A stretch of 50,125 bases of DNA from NCBI GenBank assembly GCA_964567835.1, contig CAZMOU010000011.1, forward strand, positions 1 through 50,125, written 5' to 3'. Made by a program: the position numbers and the translations under genes. The notes below the pieces were generated by a model. That model was not told the DNA's origin. It made no database searches and saw nothing but the letters and a program-made list of their open reading frames with translations. This document shows positions 44,159-50,125 of the stretch, in pieces. The first letter of the stretch is position 1; every line of letters begins with the position of its first letter. Origin of the DNA: an uncultured Chitinophaga sp. Its GTDB lineage: Bacteria; Planctomycetota; Planctomycetia; Pirellulales; UBA1268.

Positions 44159-47100
44159 ATGAACGCCCCGTCCTTCGTCCATCTCCACTGCCACAGCCAC
44201 TACAGCCTCCTCGACGGCGCGAGCTCGATCGAGCGGTTGGTGGGGAGGACCAAGGAGCTGGGGATGAACGCCCTGGCGATCACCGACCATGGCAATCTGC
44301 ACGGGGCGCTCGAGTTCTACTCCGCCGCCAGGTCGGCGGGCCTGAATCCGATCATCGGCTACGAGGCCTACATCGCCCCGGGCAGCCGATACCAGAAGGA
44401 CGCCGGCAGCCAGAAGGAATCGAGCTATCACCTCACGCTCCTGGCGCGGGATCGCGAGGGATACGCCAATCTTCTCCAGCTGGCGACGAAGGCCTTCCTG
44501 GAGGGCTTCTACTTCAAGCCCCGGATCGACCGCGAGATCCTCGAGGCCCATGCGGGTGGCCTGATCTGCCTGTCGGGCTGCCTGTCGGGGGAATTCAGCC
44601 GCTCGCTCGTCGGCGTGGGGGCGGACCAGCCGGAGCAGCTGGCGAAGGCCCGCGACGTGGCGGGCTGGTTCCGCCGCGTCTTCGGCGACCGCTACTTCAT
44701 CGAGATTCAGGACAACGGTCTCGCCGTGCAGAGACAGGTGACGCTCGCGGCCCTGGAGCTGGCGCGGGAGATGGGGATCCCTCCGGTCGCCACCTGCGAC
44801 TGTCATTACGTGAACCGCGAGGATGCCGTCGCCCAGGACATCCTCCTCTGCGTGAACACCGGACGCGTCCGCACCGATCCGACCCGGATGAAGATGGACT
44901 CGACCGAGTTCTATCTGAAGAGCCCGGCCGAGATGCACGACGCCTTCGGCGAGCTCGGCGGGGAGACGACGCGGGCCGCCGTGACGCGGAGCCAGGAGAT
45001 CGCCGACGGGGTTTCGATCGAGCTCGATCTGGGAAAGCGGCACTTCCCCGGCTTCGACGTGCCAGGCGGGCTGTCCGCGTCGGAGGAACTCCGCCGCCTC
45101 TGTCTGGAGGGGCTGCACGAGCGCTACGCGGGTGTGGCGAAGCGCTGGCAGCCGGGCCCGGACGGGGCTCCCGTGCTCCACGACCAGGTGATGGAACGAC
45201 TCGACCGCGAGCTGGGGGTGATCGACACCCTGGGCTTCTCCAGTTACTTCCTCATCGTCTGGGACTTCGTCCGCCACGCCCGCGAGCAGGCGATCCCCGC
45301 GGCGGCCAGAGGCTCCGGCGTCGGCGCGCTCGTGGCCTACGCGCTCTACCTCTCGCACGTCTGCCCGCTCGAGTACGACCTCCTCTTCGAGCGTTTCCTC
45401 GACGTGAATCGCAAGGAGGCCCCCGACATCGACATCGACTTCTGCAAGGAGCGGCGCGGGGAGGTCATCGAGTATGTGAAACGGAAGTACGGCGCCGCCA
45501 ACGTGGCCCAGATCGGCACCTTCGGCACGCTCGCCGCCCGGGCCGCCATCCGCGACGTGGGCCGGGCCATGGGCATGCCGGTGGCGCGGGTCGACGCGAT
45601 CGTGGCCCTCGTTCCGGACCAGCTGGGGATCTCCATCGAGGAGGCGTCCGCCCCCGGAAGCCAGCTGGCGGCGGCCTGTGACGCCGACGGCGAGGTGCGC
45701 GAGCTCGTCGATCTGGCGGGGAGGATCGAGGGCCTGGCCCGCAACGTCGGCACGCACGCGGCGGCGGTGGTCATCGCCGACCGTCCGTTGGTGGAGTACG
45801 TCCCGCTGCAGCGCGTCACCGGCAAGGAGGAGGTGATCACGCAATGGGAAATGGGGGACGTCGAGCGCGCCGGTCTGATGAAGATGGACTTCCTCGGCCT
45901 GCGGTACCTCACCGTGGTGACCAAGGCGATCGACATCATCGCCGAGACCACCGGCACGCGCCCCGATCCGCTGGCCTTCCCGTTGGAGGACAAGCCGACC
46001 TTCGACCTCCTCTGCCGCGGCGAGACGAAGGGCATCTTCCAGCTCGAGAGCGGGGGCATCCGCGACCTCCTGCAGCGGATGAAGCCGGACCATTTCCGCG
46101 ACATCGTCGCCGTCAACGCGCTCTACCGCCCCGGGCCGCTCGAAGGGGGGATGGTCGACGACTACGTCGCCGTGAAGCACCGTCGCAAGGCGGCCGAGTA
46201 CCTCCATCCGGTGATGAAGGACGTGCTCGAGGAGACGCACGGTGTGATGGTGTACCAGGAGCAGGTGATGCGGATCCTCGAGCGCCTCGGCGGCATCGAG
46301 CTCTCCAGCGCCTACACCTGCATCAAGGCGATCAGCAAGAAGAAGCTGGAGATCATCGCCGCGTTCCGGGAGAAGTTCGTCGCCGGGGCGAGGGCCCGGG
46401 GTCTTGCGGGAGGCGAGGCGCAGGAGCTCTTCGGACTCATCGAGAAGTTCGCCGGATACGGCTTCAACAAGAGCCACTCCACGGCCTACGCGCTCCTCGC
46501 CTGGCAGACCGCCTACCTGAAGACCCACCATCCGCTCGAGTTCATGGCGGCGCTCCTCTCGGGGGACATCACCGGGCGCAACTTCAAGAAGAAGGACGCG
46601 CTCGTCGAGCATGTCGAGGACTGCCGCAGGATGGGGATCGAGGTCGCCCCGCCCGACGTCAACCGGTCGCGTGCCGACTTCACCGTCGCCGAGGGGCGGA
46701 TCCTCTTCGGTCTGGCGGCGATCAAGGGCTGCGGCGGGCAGGCGGCGGCGGCGATCGGCGCGGAGCGGCTGGCGAACGGTCCCTTCCGCGACCTCGACGA
46801 TTTCTGCGGCCGTCTCGACTCGAGCGTCGTCAACAAGACGGCGGTGGAGAGCCTGGCGAAGGCGGGTGCGCTCGACGGCCTCGTCGGCGACCGCTCCCTG
46901 GGCGTGAAGCGTGCGACCCTCCTGGCGGGGATCGAGAAGGCGCTCGCCGCCGGCGCCGCCCGCGCCGCCGACCGGAAGAGCGGCCAGAAGAGCCTCTTCG
47001 ACGCCTTCGACGCGGCGCCGCCGCAGCCGGTGCCCGCCATGCCCACCGCGTCGGCTCCCGACGTGGCCCCGCTCTCCGACATGGAACTCCGGTCGTACGA

Positions 47101-47833
47101 GAAGGAGGTGCTCGGGTACTACGTCCACAGCCATCCGCTGGCGGAGCACGCCGACCTGATCCGCACGTTGTGCACGCACGGGACGGCGGAACTGGCGTCG
47201 GTGCCCCCGAAGGGGGATGTGCTCATCGGCGGCATGGTGGCGGCGATCAAGCTGTCCAACGTCAAGCAGCCCCGGCCCGGCTCGACGCACACGCGGTACG
47301 GGATGTTCGACCTCGAGGACATGGACGGCATCGTGCGCACGATCTGCTGGCCCGAGGACTACGCCCGGCTCGGCGAGCACATCCGGGCCGACGCGGTGGT
47401 CCTGGTGGCAGGGTCGATCGACCGGCGGGCCGGCAGCGAGGAGACCAATCTCGTCGTCAACGACATCCTCCCGCTGGCGACGGCATGGCAGAAGCCGGCG
47501 CGCCTGGTGACGCTGCGCATGGTCGAGCCGGCCCACGATGCCGCCACGCTCGACCGGCTCGCCGGGATTCTCTCCCGTCATCCGGGTGCGGTTCCCCTCC
47601 GGCTCGTGCTCGACCTCGCCGACGGACGTCGCGTGGCGATGGACGTCGACCGGCACCCCGTGACGTGGAGCCCGGAGTTCCACGCCGAGGTGGCGGCGCT
47701 CTTGGGGCCGGGGATGGTCCGGGCGGCGCTGTCGCTCCCCCGTGCCGGCGGCGGGCGCGGTCGGGGCGACGATCAGGCACGGGGAGAGGGACGGCGGTCC
47801 GCCGGCAATCGCACGGCGGCCCGGAGCGGCTGA
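44159..47833 (+). CDS. dnaE: DNA polymerase III alpha subunit
   Basis: 1224 aa. PHP domain FVHLHCHSHYSLLDG, polymerase core, and a C-terminal OB-fold region. Confidence 0.95.
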   Translation: MNAPSFVHLHCHSHYSLLDGASSIERLVGRTKELGMNALAITDHGNLHGALEFYSAARSAGLNPIIGYEAYIAPGSRYQKDAGSQKESSYHLTLLARDREGYANLLQLATKAFLEGFYFKPRIDREILEAHAGGLICLSGCLSGEFSRSLVGVGADQPEQLAKARDVAGWFRRVFGDRYFIEIQDNGLAVQRQVTLAALELAREMGIPPVATCDCHYVNREDAVAQDILLCVNTGRVRTDPTRMKMDSTEFYLKSPAEMHDAFGELGGETTRAAVTRSQEIADGVSIELDLGKRHFPGFDVPGGLSASEELRRLCLEGLHERYAGVAKRWQPGPDGAPVLHDQVMERLDRELGVIDTLGFSSYFLIVWDFVRHAREQAIPAAARGSGVGALVAYALYLSHVCPLEYDLLFERFLDVNRKEAPDIDIDFCKERRGEVIEYVKRKYGAANVAQIGTFGTLAARAAIRDVGRAMGMPVARVDAIVALVPDQLGISIEEASAPGSQLAAACDADGEVRELVDLAGRIEGLARNVGTHAAAVVIADRPLVEYVPLQRVTGKEEVITQWEMGDVERAGLMKMDFLGLRYLTVVTKAIDIIAETTGTRPDPLAFPLEDKPTFDLLCRGETKGIFQLESGGIRDLLQRMKPDHFRDIVAVNALYRPGPLEGGMVDDYVAVKHRRKAAEYLHPVMKDVLEETHGVMVYQEQVMRILERLGGIELSSAYTCIKAISKKKLEIIAAFREKFVAGARARGLAGGEAQELFGLIEKFAGYGFNKSHSTAYALLAWQTAYLKTHHPLEFMAALLSGDITGRNFKKKDALVEHVEDCRRMGIEVAPPDVNRSRADFTVAEGRILFGLAAIKGCGGQAAAAIGAERLANGPFRDLDDFCGRLDSSVVNKTAVESLAKAGALDGLVGDRSLGVKRATLLAGIEKALAAGAARAADRKSGQKSLFDAFDAAPPQPVPAMPTASAPDVAPLSDMELRSYEKEVLGYYVHSHPLAEHADLIRTLCTHGTAELASVPPKGDVLIGGMVAAIKLSNVKQPRPGSTHTRYGMFDLEDMDGIVRTICWPEDYARLGEHIRADAVVLVAGSIDRRAGSEETNLVVNDILPLATAWQKPARLVTLRMVEPAHDAATLDRLAGILSRHPGAVPLRLVLDLADGRRVAMDVDRHPVTWSPEFHAEVAALLGPGMVRAALSLPRAGGGRGRGDDQARGEGRRSAGNRTAARSG

Positions 47834-48117
47834 CTCCCTCCCAACCGGCAGGACCGTTCCCGGCGGCATGGCAACGCGGGCGCCGCGGCGAAATCGCACG
47901 TTCCGGGCTCCGGGGGATCGAAAGGCGTGGGCCCCGGGCGGACGAAGAGAGGGAAGACGCCCCGGACGGCCGCGAGCCTCCATGGAGGCACCGGCGCGTC
48001 CGCTCGATTTGCCACTTCCCCCCGCCCGGAATACCCTGCGGAGGGAGAGATCTCCGGGGGTTGGAGCCTCCGGGGGAAAGAGCGCACGGCCGACCGACCC
48101 AACCCGCCTGGTGTCCC

Positions 48118-49704
48118 ATGCTCAAGCCCCTCGCAGACCGGCACACCCTCGTCGCCCGGTTCGCCGCGTTCCTCTCGACGACGGCCTTCGCCCTGGCGGC
48201 CATCGCCCTCTCCGTCGCCCCTGCCCGCGCCCAGTTCGGCGGCGGCATGGGGGGCGGCGGCATGGGGGGCATGGGTGGCGGCGGCATGGGGGGCATGGGC
48301 GGCGGCGGGATGGGCGGCGGCGGGATGGGCGGCGGTGGGATGGGTGGCGGCGGCATGGGTGGCATGGGTGGCGGCGGCATGGGCGGCGGTGGCATGGGTG
48401 GCCTCGGCAGCGCCGCCGGTGCCGCCGGCGTGATGATCGACGCCCAGGGGGTGCTCCGCACTTGCTTCGTGCCCGACGCCGGGCTCTCCCGGCAGCGGCG
48501 GGCCGCTGTCTTCGCGTCGCTTCCGGGTGACATCCGCCAGCGATCGGCGCTGCGGAAGGTTTCGCTCCGCCGCCTGGAGGCCGAAGTGGCGCGTGCCGCC
48601 GACGAGGGGCGCGACGTCGCCGAGGAGATTCAGAAGCTCGCCGGCATGACCCGCGTGCAGTACGTCTTCGTCTACCCCGGAGAGGGCTCGGAACCGGGTG
48701 ACGTGGTGATCGCCGGTCCGGCGGAGGGGTGGATCGCCGACGCCACCGGCCGCGTCGTCGGCATCGAGACCGGCTCCCCGACGATGCTGCTCGAGGACCT
48801 CGCCGCGGCGATCCGTGCCTTCGAGCCGGGCGAGCCGGCCGACACGACCATCGGCTGCTCGATCGACCCGCGTGCCGAGGGGCTCGCCGCCCTCCAGACG
48901 TTCATCAACAAGGTCGGCCGCGTGAACCCCAAGGCGAGCCCGTCCGAACTCGTCGCCGGCATGGTCGAGGCCCTCGGGCCGCAGGACGTGACGGTGCAGG
49001 GGGTGGCGGCCACCACGCACTTCGCCCAGGTGATGGTCGAGGCGGACTACCGGATGAAGCTCATCGGGATCGGCCTGGAACGCGTTCCCGCCCGCGGGAT
49101 GAAGTCGTGGGTCGATCTGAACGCCTCGACGGGCGTGGCGACCAACGCCCTGCAACGCTGGTACTTCACCCCCGACTACGAGCGCGTGCGGGCCACCGAC
49201 GACGACCTGGGGATCGAACTGGTGGGCCGCGGCGTGAAGCTGGTCGGTGCCGACGAGGTGGTCCTCCCGGACGGCCGTCGGATGTCGGCCGATCGGCCCG
49301 ACCGGGCGAGCAAGACCTTCACCGAGACGTTCACCCGTAAATACGCCGAGATCGCCGCCCGGACGCCGGTCTACGCCCAGCTCCGGAACCTGGTCGATCT
49401 GTCGATCGTGGCCGCCTGGATGCAGGAGCACGACGCCTACGGCAAGGCCGGCTGGGGCGCCGAGACGCTCCGCCAGGAGACCTCCTACCCGATCGAACGG
49501 CTGGTCGCCCCGGTCGAGGTGTCCCCGGCCATCAACGCTATCCAGCGCGGCAACCGGCTGGTGACCCCGATCGGGGGTGGCGTGACGATGCAGCCGCGGC
49601 TGGCCCTCGACCCGCAGAACGTCGTCGCCGACGACGAGGGCACCGTGGCCGCGGCCCGCGGCGAGAAGCTCGATCTCCCCGCGGGCCGGTGGTGGTGGGA
49701 TTGA
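48118..49704 (+). CDS. secreted DUF1598-type protein with N-terminal Gly/Met repeat
   Basis: 528 aa from ATG 48118. Signal peptide FALAAIALSVAPARA and a 55-aa G/M repeat. The body (MIDAQGVLR, RVQYVFVYPG, GDVVIAGPAEGW) resembles planctomycete DUF1598 proteins as I remember them. Confidence 0.7.
   Translation: MLKPLADRHTLVARFAAFLSTTAFALAAIALSVAPARAQFGGGMGGGGMGGMGGGGMGGMGGGGMGGGGMGGGGMGGGGMGGMGGGGMGGGGMGGLGSAAGAAGVMIDAQGVLRTCFVPDAGLSRQRRAAVFASLPGDIRQRSALRKVSLRRLEAEVARAADEGRDVAEEIQKLAGMTRVQYVFVYPGEGSEPGDVVIAGPAEGWIADATGRVVGIETGSPTMLLEDLAAAIRAFEPGEPADTTIGCSIDPRAEGLAALQTFINKVGRVNPKASPSELVAGMVEALGPQDVTVQGVAATTHFAQVMVEADYRMKLIGIGLERVPARGMKSWVDLNASTGVATNALQRWYFTPDYERVRATDDDLGIELVGRGVKLVGADEVVLPDGRRMSADRPDRASKTFTETFTRKYAEIAARTPVYAQLRNLVDLSIVAAWMQEHDAYGKAGWGAETLRQETSYPIERLVAPVEVSPAINAIQRGNRLVTPIGGGVTMQPRLALDPQNVVADDEGTVAAARGEKLDLPAGRWWWD
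48238..48402 (+). repeat. in-frame imperfect tandem repeat (15-nt GGCGGCGGCATGGG[GT] and 9-nt GGCATGGG[CT] units) encoding (GGGGM/GGM)n
   Basis: Encodes GGGMGGGGMGGMGGGGMGGMGGGGMGGGGMGGGGMGGGGMGGMGGGGMGGGGMGG directly after the signal peptide. Confidence 0.9.
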
Positions 49705-49761
49705 CGTGCACCGCGCACGAAGGCGTCGCTGGCCTTCGTCCGGTGATCATCGAAACGACGA

Positions 49762-49788
49762 CGGCCCGCCGGAATGTCCGGCGGGCCG
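49762..49788. terminator. bidirectional terminator hairpin between DUF1598 gene and efp
   Basis: 11-bp perfect stem CGGCCCGCCGG / CCGGCGGGCCG with loop AATGT, between convergent stops (49704 and 49886). T-containing flanks on both strands. Confidence 0.5.
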
Positions 49789-49885
49789 CTTCGTTCGGAT
49801 CGTTCCCGGTGTCCGCGAGAGGCTGGCCGTGCCCCTTCGCCGGACGTGCGCTCCGGCCATCCATGGCCGGGCTCTCCGCCGCAGC

Positions 49886-50125
49886 TTACTTCTGCACCCG
49901 TTCCAGGTAGTCGCCGGTGCGCGTGTCGATCTTGATCATGTCCCCCTGCTCGATGAAGGCGGGCACGATCACCTCGGCACCGGTCTCCAGCTTCACCGGC
50001 TTGGTGAGGTTCGTGGCGGTGTTCCCGCGGATCGCCGGCTCGGCGTATTCCACCTTCAGCACCATGTGGTTCGGTGCCTCCATGGAGATCGGATTGCCGT
50101 TGTAGAGGAGCATCGAGCAGACGGT
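49886..50125 (-). CDS. efp: elongation factor P (C-terminal part; 5' end outside window)
   Basis: Open to the window edge. ...NGNPISMEAPNHMVLKVEYAEPAIRGNTATNLTKPVKLETGAEVIVPAFIEQGDMIKIDTRTGDYLERVQK matches EF-P domains II-III. TAA at 49886-49888. Confidence 0.9.
   Translation of the reverse strand, partial: TVCSMLLYNGNPISMEAPNHMVLKVEYAEPAIRGNTATNLTKPVKLETGAEVIVPAFIEQGDMIKIDTRTGDYLERVQK

Noticed and set aside
43967-47983. 1338-aa minus-strand ORF
   Set aside because: Exactly antisense to dnaE, whose identity is unambiguous.
48238-48402. GGC/ATG tandem repeat considered as a CRISPR-like or non-coding satellite
   Set aside because: The units are 9-15 nt with no spacers. The repeat is in frame inside a gene with a signal peptide upstream and a conserved domain downstream.
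1-50125. Looked for mobile elements, integrases, toxin-antitoxin pairs, restriction or defence genes, rRNA and tRNA
   Set aside because: No product resembles these, and I saw no abrupt compositional break. The glycan locus has the same GC character as its flanks, so I do not claim horizontal acquisition.

Overview
Very GC-rich bacterial chromosomal window (about 70 percent by eye, not computed), almost fully coding. I call 39 protein genes, two of them cut by the window edges. I found no rRNA, tRNA, CRISPR array, transposase or integrase. A DUF1598-type protein, small conserved secreted proteins and weak Shine-Dalgarno usage suggest Planctomycetota (inference). Layout: 0-5 kb holds an oxidoreductase, a xylose-isomerase-like TIM barrel, an MFS transporter and a YpfJ-type Zn peptidase. 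5.2-8.3 kb holds a WbpM/WbpL-like pair. 8.4-11.5 kb holds a CDF metal exporter, a second oxidoreductase and a secreted esterase. 11.7-12.7 kb holds an orphan mraZ with a duplicated TGGG-containing operator-like repeat, plus a small lipoprotein. 12.9-20.6 kb holds a secreted CHAT-like protein, a TauE permease, an ABC-2 transporter and a TPR protein. 20.6-43.2 kb is a large glycan locus: a minus-strand Wza-like exporter operon divergent from a long plus-strand operon, much of it translationally coupled. That operon encodes PglF/E/C-like enzymes, an ACP, an adenylating enzyme, an SDR, a PglD/NeuD-like acyltransferase, four GT-B transferases, a GalU-like enzyme, an 1100-aa kinase-pyrophosphorylase fusion, an epimerase and an AsnB-type amidotransferase. 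43.3-50.1 kb holds an FHA protein, dnaE, a DUF1598 protein and efp. Best candidates for novelty: (1) the bacillosamine-type module interrupted by a carrier-protein acylation trio; (2) the GHMP-kinase/UDPGP fusion; (3) the Wza-like protein with an appended Trp-rich tail and two unknown secreted partners; (4) the CHAT-like protein that appears to lack its catalytic dyad, coupled to transporters. All family calls rest on motif recognition by eye. No database search was run.
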